Origin: an uncultured delta proteobacterium
Lineage (GTDB): Bacteria > Desulfobacterota > Binatia > Binatales > Binataceae
Direction: 5' to 3'
NCBI GenBank assembly: GCA_963808235.1
Contig: CAWEEQ010000004.1
Location: 3,200,001 to 3,264,000, forward strand
DNA length: 64,000 nt
Shown piece after piece: positions 52,409 to 62,968 of this stretch. A program made the translations under genes and the position numbers. The number at the start of each line of letters is the position of its first letter. Position 1 is the stretch's first letter. The notes below the pieces were generated by a model. That model searched no databases, was not told where the DNA came from, and worked only from the letters and a program-made list of their open reading frames with translations.

Positions 52409-53632
52409 ATGGCAACCTTCGGCAAGGCGCTCGAAAACGTCCGGATCCTCGATTTTACCTGGGTCGTCGCCGGTCCCGTCGCAACTCGCGTCCTCGGCGA
52501 TCATGGCGCGGAAGTCGTGAAAGTCGAGCGCAAAAATCCGCCCCCGCTCGGCAACCGCAAGCTCGGCCTCCAATGCGATCTCCATCGCGACAAACTTTCG
52601 CTCGCGCTCAACATGCAGCATCCGCGCGGCGTCGAGCTCGCACGCCGCCTCGCCGCGAAGAGCGACATCGTGATGGATAACTTCTCGGCGCGCGTGATGC
52701 GCAGCTGGGGGATGGATTACGAAAGTCTGAAGGCGGTCAAGCCCGATATTATTTGCATCAGCATGTCCGGCCTCGGCCACACCGGCCCGCTTTCGAGCTA
52801 CGTCAGCTACGGACCGACGCTGCAGGCGCTCACCGGCTACACGCTCCTGATGGCCGAAGCCGACGGCACGCCCGCCGGCTACGGTTACTCGTACGCCGAC
52901 ATGTGCGGAGGATACACGGGCGCGCTCGCGGCGCTGGTCGCACTATGGAATCGCCGCCGCACCGGCCGCGGCCAGTTCATCGACTTGTCACAGTTGGAAG
53001 CAGTCGCAAGCGTGATCGGTCCCGCGCTGCTCGACATATCCGCGAACGGCCGGACCCAGTCGGCGCCTGGATACGTTTCGCAGGAAGGACCAGCCGCGCC
53101 GCATGGCGTTTACAAATGCCGGCCGCTCAAGAATGACGACGGCTCAGTCGACGACGATCGATGGATCGCGATCTCGGTGCGCACCCACTCGGAATGGCGC
53201 CGGTTCGTGACCGCTCTTGGCTCTCCGTCGTGGGCGAGCGAGCCAAGCTTCCGCACGCTCTATCTGCGGATGCGCAATGGCGCGGCGCTCGACGCGAACA
53301 TCTCGCGATGGACAACGGAGCAAACGGCGGAAGACGCGATGATCACTTTGCAGAACGCGGGCATCGCCGCCGGCGTCGTGCAGAACGGCGTCGACATCTG
53401 CGCGCGCGATCCGCAACTCAAAGAGCGCGGCTTCTGGCCGACTGTCTCGACCGCGAAGGGCGCGACAACCCAGGTCACCGGCATCCCGTTCAAGCTCTCC
53501 GGCGTTTCCGGCCAGGTCCGCACCATCGCTCCCGAAGTCGGCGAGAACAACGACTACGTCCTCGGCGAACTGCTGGGCCTGAGCCGCGCCGAGCAGGAGT
53601 CGCTGATCGCCGAAGAGGCGGTCTGGCCCTGA
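52409..53632 (+). CDS. CaiB/BaiF CoA-transferase subunit (catalytic Asp present, BbsF-like)
   Basis: ILDFTWVVAGP, DNFSARVM, SYADM, APHGVYKC, APEVGENN. Confidence 0.92.
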   Translation: MATFGKALENVRILDFTWVVAGPVATRVLGDHGAEVVKVERKNPPPLGNRKLGLQCDLHRDKLSLALNMQHPRGVELARRLAAKSDIVMDNFSARVMRSWGMDYESLKAVKPDIICISMSGLGHTGPLSSYVSYGPTLQALTGYTLLMAEADGTPAGYGYSYADMCGGYTGALAALVALWNRRRTGRGQFIDLSQLEAVASVIGPALLDISANGRTQSAPGYVSQEGPAAPHGVYKCRPLKNDDGSVDDDRWIAISVRTHSEWRRFVTALGSPSWASEPSFRTLYLRMRNGAALDANISRWTTEQTAEDAMITLQNAGIAAGVVQNGVDICARDPQLKERGFWPTVSTAKGATTQVTGIPFKLSGVSGQVRTIAPEVGENNDYVLGELLGLSRAEQESLIAEEAVWP

Positions 53633-53639
53633 CGTTTGT

Positions 53640-54341
53640 TCAGCGGAGCTGATCGGCCATCTTACGGAAATCTGGATCCTTCTTCTTGCGCATGAGCTCT
53701 GCGGCGGTGACGCCGTCCTTGTTCTTGATATCGCCGCGAGCGCGATGCGCGATCAGCATCGGGAAATGTTTCTTGTCACTCGACTTCTTCAACATGTAGT
53801 GAAGTGCGGTCATGCCCTTGGAGTCCTGGTAGTTCACGTCGGCGCCGAGTTTCAGCAATTCTTCGGCGGACCTGAAGTGGCTCCATTTGATCGCGTCGAG
53901 AAACGGCCGCGCATCGACCGACGGGTCATTGACGTTCGCGCCGTGACGGACCAGCAGCCTGATTGCGTCGAGATCGTCATTGAACGAGGCCGCCCACAGG
54001 CAATAGTTCGGCGTTAAGCCCTTCTTCAGCAGGTACTCTGCGAGCGCGAGATTGTTGCCGCGTGCGATCGCATACCAGAGCGGGGTCGCCTTCCACTTCC
54101 CCTCAGTGAAGGCCTCCTGGTTGATATCCAGCCCGCGCCGGAGCAAGACTTCCGCTGTTTTGATGCTGTCACCGGCTTTCAACTTCCCGCCCTTTAAGTT
54201 CACGCCGCAGCAGAGATGGAGCCAGTTTCGACCGCGCTCATCGCGCACCGAAAGGAGATCGGGATTCCCCGCGAGCGCCTCGTCCACATCCCTGGATCGA
54301 AACTCTTTGACGAGCGCGCTCATCCCGGTTTTCGAAACCAT
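53640..54341 (-). CDS. Ankyrin repeat protein
   Basis: GRNWLH, ATPLWYA, LLKLGADVNYQDSKGMTALH; own ATG 2 nt after the MFS stop. Confidence 0.88.
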   Translation of the reverse strand: MVSKTGMSALVKEFRSRDVDEALAGNPDLLSVRDERGRNWLHLCCGVNLKGGKLKAGDSIKTAEVLLRRGLDINQEAFTEGKWKATPLWYAIARGNNLALAEYLLKKGLTPNYCLWAASFNDDLDAIRLLVRHGANVNDPSVDARPFLDAIKWSHFRSAEELLKLGADVNYQDSKGMTALHYMLKKSSDKKHFPMLIAHRARGDIKNKDGVTAAELMRKKKDPDFRKMADQLR

Positions 54342-54343
54342 CG

Positions 54344-56192
54344 TTAGCTCAGTCCGGCGGGGCCCCCGGCGATCGCCGGGGCTGGGGTGCCTTCTTTGAG
54401 AGATTCGATGACCTCGCCCAGGTGAGCGCGGACTGCGTCGGCGGGGACTGCTCCGGCGGCGAGTTTGCGCGCCGGTGAAAGGCGTAGCAGGTGGAATACG
54501 AATATCGCGAATGCGATTCCCGCGGTCACCACCACGATCGAAATCATCGCGCCCGGATCGGTCCGCAGCGAGCTCACGCGATGCAGCACGTATGCGATCG
54601 ACAACAGCGAGACTCCGAGCGACGGCCGCTGCTGCGGTGAGCACGTCGCGCATCGGCTGCGAACTGCCTTTGAGGAGATAGCGGCGAAGTTCGCCGGCGG
54701 AAAAATAATCGAGGAACCATCCGGTGTCGTCTTCGACCCTGCCAGTCTTGGGCGGCGGTACCATCAGGTTGGTCATCGGATCGAGCGCAGCCTCGCCGCG
54801 CTGATGGCGCTCGATGCCGTCGAGGATCGCGCGATGAATCTTTTCAGTGATCGGAAACCTCCGCGCGATCAGGAATGACAGCAATGCGAAGACTGCGGGG
54901 CCGAGCGCGAAGATCGCGCGGATAGCATAGACGACGCGCGGCGATTGGATCGCGTTGGGTACGTAGCCCATCGAGGCGAGAATCGCGATTGGGACTGCGG
55001 CGCTGGGAATCGCGACGAACTTCGGGAGCATCGACCAGAACGCACTGTACTGCGCCTCGCGCCGTTTGCCGGTGTAGAGTTCGTCGTAATCGATCACGTC
55101 GGCCTGCATCGAAGGGGTCAGGAACAAGCCCGCGCCGAATCCGATTCCGGCCCAGCAAATCAGCACCAGCAGCCACCATTCGTCGCCCGGCCCCAGCAGG
55201 AACATCGCGGCGCCGCCGGTGATACCGAGAAAGAAGCTCGCGAGATAGGCCTTCAACTTGCCGACCCTGCGCGCGATCGCGACCCACATTGGTAGCGAGA
55301 AAAATCCGAACACGAAGTATCCGAGCAGGAACATCGAAAGCCACAGCCCGGGATTTTTCGGGCGGATAACGTAGGCGTTGAAAAACGGCATCATCGTGGC
55401 GGGAATCGCGCCGGTGATGCTCCCGACCACATAGCTTGCGAGCAGAATCGCGAACGGCCGGTTGCGGAGCGCGCGCCGTACTCCGGGAACCAGCGGATTC
55501 GATTCGCGGGCGGCGAAATCCGGCCGCTCCTTCACGGTCAGCACCAGCAGGCCGTAGAGCACGGTCAGCATCACGCCGAAAAAAATCCCGAGCCGGAAGA
55601 ATACCTGCCGCTCGTTCAAGTGGAGGGCCTGCATCATGATGCCCGGGGCGGCTGAGGCGACGATCGTTCCGAGGATCGTAAACGACTCGCGCCACGCGAA
55701 CAGGCTCGAGCGCTCGTGATAGTCACTGGTGAGCTCCGGCCCGAGCGCGTAATGCGGAAGGATGTAGATCGTATGAAATATGAAATAGAGGATGAACGTC
55801 ACGCCGAACCAGATCGCGGCGCGCCCGCCGGTCAGCGACTCGGGCGGGTTCAGCAACGCGAAAAACGCCAACCCGCAGAGCGGTGCGCCAATCAGCATGT
55901 AGGGCCGCCGCCTGCCGAGCCGGGTATGGGTATGGTCCGAGATCCAGCCCATCAGCGGATCGCTCAGCGCGTCGAGCGAGCGGGCGATTGCGATCGCCAT
56001 CGCCAGGTACCCGAGCGGGACCAGCACCACGTCGGCATAGAACTTGGGCATGTGGATGAAGATCGGAATGATCATCGCGGCGCCGGCGAAGCTTGGCGCG
56101 CCGTAAAGGAGCTTGATCCTTAAGGTCAGCGGCGCCGCGCTATGTGCCGCAATCGCGGATACGGCGCCGTTTTTCGATTCCGCCAAGTCCAT
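54344..56192 (-). CDS. MFS transporter, GPH (MelB-like) family, frameshifted near 54623
   Basis: DPLMGWISDHTHTRLGRRRPY, ADVIDYDELYTGKRRE; the hydrophobic C-terminal part continues in the +1 frame to a TAA at 54344. Confidence 0.88.
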
Positions 56193-56326
56193 TCAGTACC
56201 TCCGGGCCTCGTTCCCGATGCGCGTTCACTCTACTTGGGGGTCGTCGATCAGGCCAATCGCTAGTGCAGTCCGGTTGCGCTAGTCTCATAGTGGCTGGCT
56301 GTTAACAGCCGGTCGGGGGGATTTGT

Positions 56327-57860
56327 TTGCACGCGAGCGTTTTATCGAGCGCGCTGGTCGGAGTTGACGCGTTTCCGGTCGAAGTCGAGATCGACATCGG
56401 ATCGGGGATACCGCCGCATCGGCTGGTCGGGCTGGCGGAGGGCGCGGTCAAGGAATCGCTCGACCGGGTCAAGTCGGCGCTCAAAAATTCGGGGTTCGAG
56501 TTTCCGACTCGCAAGATGACGATTAACCTCGCGCCGGCCGACACCCGCAAGGAGGGCTCGGCGTTCGATCTTCCGCTCGCGCTTGGAATTCTCGCCGCGC
56601 AAAACGTGCTCAAGGATCGCGCTCGGCTGCGCGCCTACCTGATCCTCGGCGAACTCGCGCTCGACGGCCGGATCAAAGGAATCCGCGGCGCGCTGGCGAC
56701 CGCGCTGCTGGCCCGCTCGGGCAAGTTCGACGGCGTGCTCCTGCCGCGCGAGAACGCGTCGGAGGCGTCGGTGGTCGGCGAGGGGACCGCGGTGCTCGGA
56801 GTCGAGAGCCTGCGCGAGGCGTTCGAGTTTTTCGAGGGCCTGCGTCCGCTTGAATCGACGCCCAGCGATCTTACCGCCGCGTTCGGCGCGGCGAATCATT
56901 ACGACGTCGATTTCAGCGAGGTCAAAGGCCAGGAGCAGGCCAAGCGCGCGCTGGAAGTCGCTGCCGCCGGCGGGCATAACGTGCTTGATGATCGGGCCGC
57001 CCGGCTCGGGCAAGACGATGCTCGCCAAGCGGCTGCCCTCGATCCTGCCGGCGATGACCTTCGAGGAGGCAATCGAAACCACCAAGGTGCACAGCGTGAT
57101 GGGTCTGCTCGACGGACGGGCGCTTATCACGACGCGACCGTTCCGCTCGCCGCATCACACGATCTCCGATGCGGGCCTGATAGGCGGCGGCTCGGTGCCG
57201 CGGCCGGGCGAAGTCAGCCTGGCGCATCATGGGGTGCTGTTCCTCGACGAATTGCCCGAGTTCCGCAAAAACGTGCTCGAGGTTTTACGCCAGCCGCTCG
57301 AGGACGCGCGCATCACGATCTCCCGCGTGATGGGGACGCTCACCTTTCCCGCTTCGGTGATGCTGGTGGCGGCGATGAATCCGTGCCCGTGCGGCTTCTA
57401 CACCGACACGCAGCACGAATGCTCATGCTCGCCGATTGGGATTCAGCGCTACCGCTCGCGAATCTCGGGCCCGCTGCTCGATCGAATCGACATCCATATC
57501 GAAGTGCCTGCGGTGAAGTATAAAGACTTGACCGATCGCATCGCGCGCGAGCCGTCGGCCGCGATTCGCGAGCGGGTCAATCGTGCGCGCGAGGTTCAAC
57601 TCGAGCGTTTTGCCGGGATGACATTTTTCTGCAACGCGCAGATGGGCGCGCGCGACCTGCGGCTACATTGCCAGATCGAAAGCTCGGGCGAGCGGCTGCT
57701 CGAGCTGGCGATCAATCGGCTCGGGCTTAGCGCGCGCGCCTATACGCGAATCCTGAAGGTCGCGCGCACGATCGCCGATCTCGACGGCGGCGGCGCAATC
57801 CAGGCGCATCATGTGAGCGAGGCGATTCAGTACCGCTCGCTGGACCGCAGCGCGCCTTAA
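56327..57860 (+). CDS. comM: ComM/YifB Mg-chelatase-like AAA+ ATPase, frameshifted near 56985
   Basis: [18 protein letters not shown], then [16 protein letters not shown] across a one-base insertion, [22 protein letters not shown]. Confidence 0.93.
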
Positions 57861-58068
57861 GTGTGCGGCCAGATCCTCTCCCCTTAGCGTAAATTCACGT
57901 TTGTTTATGCGTATTTGTGCCATATCTTCAATCCTGTTGGACCCCTCTTGATGGACCCTCTTGATGTGTCGGCGTCATCGCGCTAGCTAATTTGCCAGAT
58001 AAGTCGTGGTAATGACCTGAAGGCGCGGAAACTCCGTCTTTTCGACGGCGTTCCGCAGGAGGTCTGCG

Positions 58069-58170
58069 ATGACTGGCATGGCGCGTATGGCAATATTCTT
58101 CGTCCTGGGATCGGCAATCACAGTAGGGGCCTTGGTAGTGGCCAGCTACCTGGCGACGTCAGCCGGTTAG
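58069..58170 (+). CDS. 33-aa single-pass membrane peptide (below the ORF-track cutoff)
   Basis: AGGAGG 6 nt before ATG; MTGMARMAIFFVLGSAITVGALVVASYLATSAG then TAG. Confidence 0.6.
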   Translation: MTGMARMAIFFVLGSAITVGALVVASYLATSAG

Positions 58171-58342
58171 GTTCCAGGTCGTCGCCCGTCGCAATGACGG
58201 GCGAATATTTCGCCGACGCTCTTCGTCCGCGGCCGAGAGCAGACCGCGCAGGATGATTTCGTGCTCGGGTCCGCTTTGTCTATTCTGATGCGCATGACCC
58301 CTCGTTCAATCGCGTGCCTCACGTGAGCGCTCGAGCGCAAGC

Positions 58343-59221
58343 GTGAGCGATGCGCCGCCAGAGTTTGCTGCCCGGTACGCATCGGCGCTCGCGCGGCTAT
58401 GCAAGCGCGCTCGCGCAGAGCGGTGGAATCTCGGCACTGACGCTTTGACGGAGGCAGCGGCGCGCGGAGCGCTCAAATCGGGAGCGGCCGAAGATGTTGG
58501 CGTCGACGCATATCTCGACGCGCTCCACGCCGAGGATCTGGCGCTCGCGGTCGCATGCCGCAACGGCGATTCGCGTGCGTGGGAGCATTTCATTGCGAGC
58601 CTTAGGCCGTCGCTCTACGCGGCGGGGCGCGCGATCGCAGGCGACGAGATGCGCGGGCGCGAACTCGCCGACTCGCTATGGGCCGACTTGTACGGCCTCG
58701 ACGTGCGCGACGGACGCCGGCGCTCGTTATTGGAATATTTTCACGGCCGCAGCTCGCTTCTGACCTGGATGCGCGCGATGCTCGCGCAGCGTCACGTCGA
58801 TTACATCCGCTCCCAGAGCCGTACCGAGCCACTCGACGAGGTCGTCGAAAATTCGCGTATCGATCCGAATAGCAACCATAACGAAAGGGATTCGTCCGAG
58901 CCCGAACGCGCGCGTTACGTGGCGATGCTCGGTCTCGCGCTGGATATCGCGTTGAAGGCGCTCACGCCGCAGGACCGGATGCGCATGGCCTACTACTACC
59001 GGCATCAACTATCGCTCAAGGAAATCGGGCGCCTTTTGGGCGAGCATGAATCGACGGTATCGCGAAAGATTGCGCGCACGCGCGACCATTTGAAGAGCGA
59101 GATCGAGCGGAGGCTTCGCGATATCGAGCGCTTAAGCCAGGACCAGATTCGCCTGTGTTATGATTTTGCGGCCGGCGATTTGCAGTTCGATCTCGCCAAG
59201 GCGTTCCCGGATTTACAATGA
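58343..59221 (+). CDS. ECF-type sigma-70 factor with N-terminal extension
   Basis: LHAEDLALAVAC..GDSRAWE, region 2 SLLTWMRAML...VD, region 4 LSLKEIGRLLGEHESTVSRKI. Confidence 0.88.
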   Translation: MSDAPPEFAARYASALARLCKRARAERWNLGTDALTEAAARGALKSGAAEDVGVDAYLDALHAEDLALAVACRNGDSRAWEHFIASLRPSLYAAGRAIAGDEMRGRELADSLWADLYGLDVRDGRRRSLLEYFHGRSSLLTWMRAMLAQRHVDYIRSQSRTEPLDEVVENSRIDPNSNHNERDSSEPERARYVAMLGLALDIALKALTPQDRMRMAYYYRHQLSLKEIGRLLGEHESTVSRKIARTRDHLKSEIERRLRDIERLSQDQIRLCYDFAAGDLQFDLAKAFPDLQ

Positions 59222-59249
59222 GTCTCGCAATGAATCTCGCAATGAATCG
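59216..59249 (+). repeat. 12-bp tandem repeat CAATGA(G/A)TCTCG, about 2.7 copies
   Basis: CAATGAGTCTCG CAATGAATCTCG CAATGAATCG, overlapping the sigma-factor stop. Confidence 0.85.
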
Positions 59250-59259
59250 ACGTTGGCAG

Positions 59260-59289
59260 TGCAATTTTCAGGCGCTCACTCGTTCCAAG
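59260..59289 (+). promoter_or_regulatory. Candidate ECF promoter TGCAA-N15-TCGTTC (copy 1)
   Basis: Immediately upstream of the anti-sigma RBS; same motif and spacing at 60570. Confidence 0.6.
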
Positions 59290-59300
59290 GTAGAGGACCG

Positions 59301-60545
59301 TTGAAACGCGACGACCGCAATTCAGAACCGCTCGATGCAATCTTGCGCCGCGCCGCCGCGAGGCCGCCGGGGCCGGCCACGCCCGAGTGCGCCGACCCCG
59401 AGATGCTCGCCGCGTACTACGATCGTTCGCTCGTGCAGTCCGAGCGCGAGCGGCTCGAAGCGCATCTCGCGGATTGTGCACGATGCCAGATGCAGCTTGC
59501 CGCGATTTCCCGCTCCGACGAACGAGCCAACGATGCGGGGCCGGCGTTTGGCATCGCGTGGATGCGACAGCGATGGCGAATCGCAATCCCGGTGCTCGCA
59601 GCGGCCGCAGCGCTGTTGGTCGTGGTCCGCGCGATGCGTCCTTCCACGGAGGTCCGCCACGGTGAGCAGCTAGCGATGGCGAAGCATGAAGCTCCGCTCC
59701 CGGAGTTGGCCGCACCCGCATCGGCGCCGGCCGCTCAAGTCGCATCGGCGCCGCAGCCCGCAACGAACGAACTTGCGATGAACAACGCCAAGCGGGCCGA
59801 GCCGTCCGGGATGCATCAGATGGAACAACGCGAAGCGCATCGCGCCGCTGCGCCGCTTGCATACGCGCCCGCAGGCAAAGCGCAACTGCCCGCGGCCGCC
59901 TCGGAGGCCCGCAGCGCCGCGCTCGCATCGGGTATGCACCCAAGTGTGCCCAAGTCGCGCGCTCCGGAAAATGAGCCAACGACGAACGCATCAGGCGCCG
60001 CATACGCCCGCTCCAACGCGGGCGGCGGAAGTGCGATCGGAGCAGCGGGCGCTGCGCCGGAGACGCTCGTAATGATCTCGCCGCCGGAGCGCCCCGCGAT
60101 GCAGACGCAGACGACGAACCCGTCCGCAGGCGTTGCAGCCAGCGGAGCCCCGATAGTCGGGAGCACAATCGGCAGAGCGATGAGCGCCGGAGTGGGGGCA
60201 CTCGTAGCAAACTCGATGGGGCAGCGAGGACCGACCTGGATGGCTGGGAAACGCGGAACAATCCTGTTTCGCGACGCCAACGGAACTACTCGCCCACAGT
60301 ACAGCGGCGTCGAGGCAGATCTGACCGCCGGCGCTGCTCCGTCGGAGACGGTCTGCTGGATCGTCGGCCGAAGTGGAACGATCATCCGCACAACCGACGG
60401 CGAAAATTGGACGAAGATCGCGTCGCCCACCAATGCAGACCTCTTTGCGATCGTCGCCGACAGCGCCGAGCATGCGATCGTGACCACCGTGACCGCGAAG
60501 AATTTCGAAACATCTGACGGCGGCACAAGCTGGCATCCGCAGTAA
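59301..60545 (+). CDS. Zinc-finger anti-sigma factor with TM helix and C-terminal Asp-box/YCF48-like domain
   Basis: HLADCARC (HxxxCxxC), hydrophobic helix, Ala/Pro linker, TTDGENW and TSDGGTSW repeats; TTG start after GAGGA. Confidence 0.85.
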   Translation: MKRDDRNSEPLDAILRRAAARPPGPATPECADPEMLAAYYDRSLVQSERERLEAHLADCARCQMQLAAISRSDERANDAGPAFGIAWMRQRWRIAIPVLAAAAALLVVVRAMRPSTEVRHGEQLAMAKHEAPLPELAAPASAPAAQVASAPQPATNELAMNNAKRAEPSGMHQMEQREAHRAAAPLAYAPAGKAQLPAAASEARSAALASGMHPSVPKSRAPENEPTTNASGAAYARSNAGGGSAIGAAGAAPETLVMISPPERPAMQTQTTNPSAGVAASGAPIVGSTIGRAMSAGVGALVANSMGQRGPTWMAGKRGTILFRDANGTTRPQYSGVEADLTAGAAPSETVCWIVGRSGTIIRTTDGENWTKIASPTNADLFAIVADSAEHAIVTTVTAKNFETSDGGTSWHPQ

Positions 60546-60569
60546 AGAATCACCGCGACCGAAATTCTC

Positions 60570-60599
60570 TGCAAGAAAATCATCCGGCATCGTTCAAAG
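60570..60599 (+). promoter_or_regulatory. Candidate ECF promoter TGCAA-N15-TCGTTC (copy 2)
   Basis: Upstream of the RnfD-like gene; identical spacing to the copy at 59260. Confidence 0.6.
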
Positions 60600-60618
60600 A
60601 GTCGAGAGGGACGACTCG

Positions 60619-61569
60619 ATGGACGCATTGCCCGCGCCGACAATCTCGATCGACACAAGCGTTTCGCGCTGGGCGCGGCTCTGCGCCGTGTCCTTTCCCG
60701 GCTCGCTGATCGATCCGCGACTCTTTCAGATCTTCTCGCTGGGCATCCTGCTCTCGGCGGGTGCGTACTTCCGCGATTTCAGCCTTCGTTCGGAGCAGGT
60801 CGTACTGACATTTGCCGCGGGCTTGCTCATGCAGCGCGGATGCTGGCGTCTGAGTCCATCGAAGCCGCGCTCGTATCGAAGCGCGATCATCACCTGCCTC
60901 AGCCTCGCGCTGCTGCTGCGCGCCGATAACCTGTTCGCTCATCCGATTGCCGCCGCCGCCGCGATCTCTTCGAAGTCGATTTTCCGATTTCGCGGGAAGC
61001 ATCTGTTCAATCCGGCGACCTTCGGCGTCGTCTTCGCGATCGTTTTTCTTCCCGGGACGTGGGTGTCGCCGGGCCAGTGGGGACAGGACTTCGCGATCGC
61101 CGGATGGGTCGTGATGCTTGGGATCCTGGTGACCGAGCGCGCGCGGCGCAGCGATATCAGCTGGACGTTTCTCGGCTTCTATCTCGGCGCGCTCGCGATT
61201 CGAGTCGCGTATCTCGGCCAGCGCTGGGCGGTCTGGACCCATCAGTTGGAGAGCGGCGCGCTGTTGCTGTTCGCGTTCTTCATGATTTCCGATCCGATGA
61301 CCGGTCCCAACGCTCGCCGCGGACGAGTCGGGCACGCCGCGATTGTCGCCGCAGCGGCGTACGCGTTGCAGTTCGGTCTCTACCGCACCAACGGACTTAT
61401 CTGGGCGCTGTTTGCCGCGGCGCCATGCGTTCCGATCTGGGACGCGATTTGGCCCGCGCGAAAATTTCAATGGTCACAAAATGGAGGTGGCGATGAAACC
61501 GTTACTGTTTCGAAAACCGATGCTCGCGATAGTTCTGTTCGCGGCGACAATGCTCGCAGGGCCGCATGA
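60619..61569 (+). CDS. RnfD/NqrB-like membrane protein (stand-alone)
   Basis: KHLFNPA and FFMISDPMT motifs, many TM segments; no other rnf/nqr genes nearby. Confidence 0.75.
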   Translation: MDALPAPTISIDTSVSRWARLCAVSFPGSLIDPRLFQIFSLGILLSAGAYFRDFSLRSEQVVLTFAAGLLMQRGCWRLSPSKPRSYRSAIITCLSLALLLRADNLFAHPIAAAAAISSKSIFRFRGKHLFNPATFGVVFAIVFLPGTWVSPGQWGQDFAIAGWVVMLGILVTERARRSDISWTFLGFYLGALAIRVAYLGQRWAVWTHQLESGALLLFAFFMISDPMTGPNARRGRVGHAAIVAAAAYALQFGLYRTNGLIWALFAAAPCVPIWDAIWPARKFQWSQNGGGDETVTVSKTDARDSSVRGDNARRAA

Positions 61570-62920
61570 TGCGCGCGCGTTCTGCGGCTTCTACGTCGGC
61601 AAGGCCGACGCGGCCCTCGTCAATCACGGCTCGCAGGTCGTCGTGGCGCATCATGACGACAAGACGGTTATCAGCCTGATGAACGATTACCAGGGCGAGC
61701 CGTCGGAGTTTGCGCTGGTGGTGCCAGTGCCGGTGGTCCTGCAGAAGGGGCAGGTGCATATCGGCGATCGCGAGTTGTTCCAGAAGCTCGACGCATACAG
61801 TTCGCCGCGCCTGGTCGAGTATTTCGATCCCGACCCATGCCAGCTCATGCGGCCGATGGCGATGGCTGGAGCGGCGATTGGGCGGATGGAGATGGCCGCG
61901 CCCGCAAGCCGCGCTGAAGCCAACGCGCTCGGCGTCACGATCGAGGCCGAGTACACAGTCGGCGAATACGACATCGTGATTTTATCGGCAAAGGAATCGT
62001 CGGGACTGGAAACGTGGTTGCAACAAAGCGGCTACAAGATTCCGTACGGAGCGCAGCGCGCGCTCGAGCCATATATTCGCCAGGACATGAAGTTCTTCGT
62101 CGCGAAGGTCAACCTGGGCGAGCATCAGCGCACCGGGCTCAGCTATCTGCGCCCGATACAGTTTGCGTTCGAATCACCCAAGTTCATGCTGCCGATTCGT
62201 CTCGGGATGATTAACGCGCAGGGCCCGCAGGACCTGACTATCTACATGCTCACCGAAGAGGGCCGCGTCGAGACGACCAACTATCGCAACGTGAAATTGC
62301 CGACCGGCCTGAATATCCCCGAGTTCGTGCGTCCGGAGTTCGCCGATTTCTACAAGGCAATGTTCGACGAGCAGGTCAAGCGCAACGACATGCGCGCGGT
62401 GTTCACCGAGTACGCGTGGAACATGGGAACGTGCGATCCGTGCGCGGGGCCGCCGCTATCGCGGGAGGAGGTCAAGAGCCTCGGCGCGTACTGGCTCGAC
62501 GATCAGCAGGGCGGAGGCGGCATCGGGCGATTTCGTCCGGGCGCATGATGCGGCCCGGCGGCGCGATGCCCGGGATGATGCCGTACTTTCAGCCCGGCGT
62601 CGAAATGATACCGGTGACGCTCACTCGGCTGCACGTGCGCTACAGCGCCGACACCTTCCCCGAAGATCTTGTCTTCCAGGAGACGCAGGACCATGAAAAT
62701 TTTCAGACCCGCTTCGTGTTGCAGCATGCGTGGAACGGATCGCCCGACGCATGCTCGGAAGCCCGGAATTATTTCGAGAATCTGAACAAGCGCCGCGAGA
62801 CTGAAGCGGACGACGCTCGCGGATCTCACCGGATGGAACCTCGAGGACGTGATCAAAAAGGCCGGCCTCACGCCGGGCACACAGCCGAAGCCATGGTGGC
62901 AAGGCATCTGGGGATCGTGA
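61493..62920 (+). CDS. DUF2330-type exported protein, with frameshifts near 62545 and 62809
   Basis: Signal peptide then FCGFYV, EFALVVPVP, YFDPDPC, CDPC; continues LTRLHVRY...FPEDL, then TLADLTGW...PWWQGIW. Confidence 0.8.
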
Positions 62921-62968
62921 CGCAATCTGATGGCGCGCGGGAGTCGAATCGCCCCGCGCGCCACGGCT

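Noticed and set aside
53640-56192. 850-aa MFS-ankyrin fusion protein
   Set aside because: The linker is out-of-frame text; the MFS C-terminus continues in the +1 frame to a stop at 54344 and the ankyrin gene has its own ATG at 54341.
62541-62550. Natural two-gene split of DUF2330 at an ATGA overlap
   Set aside because: Possible, but a second frameshift at about 62809 is needed to recover the conserved-looking C-terminus, so error is more parsimonious.
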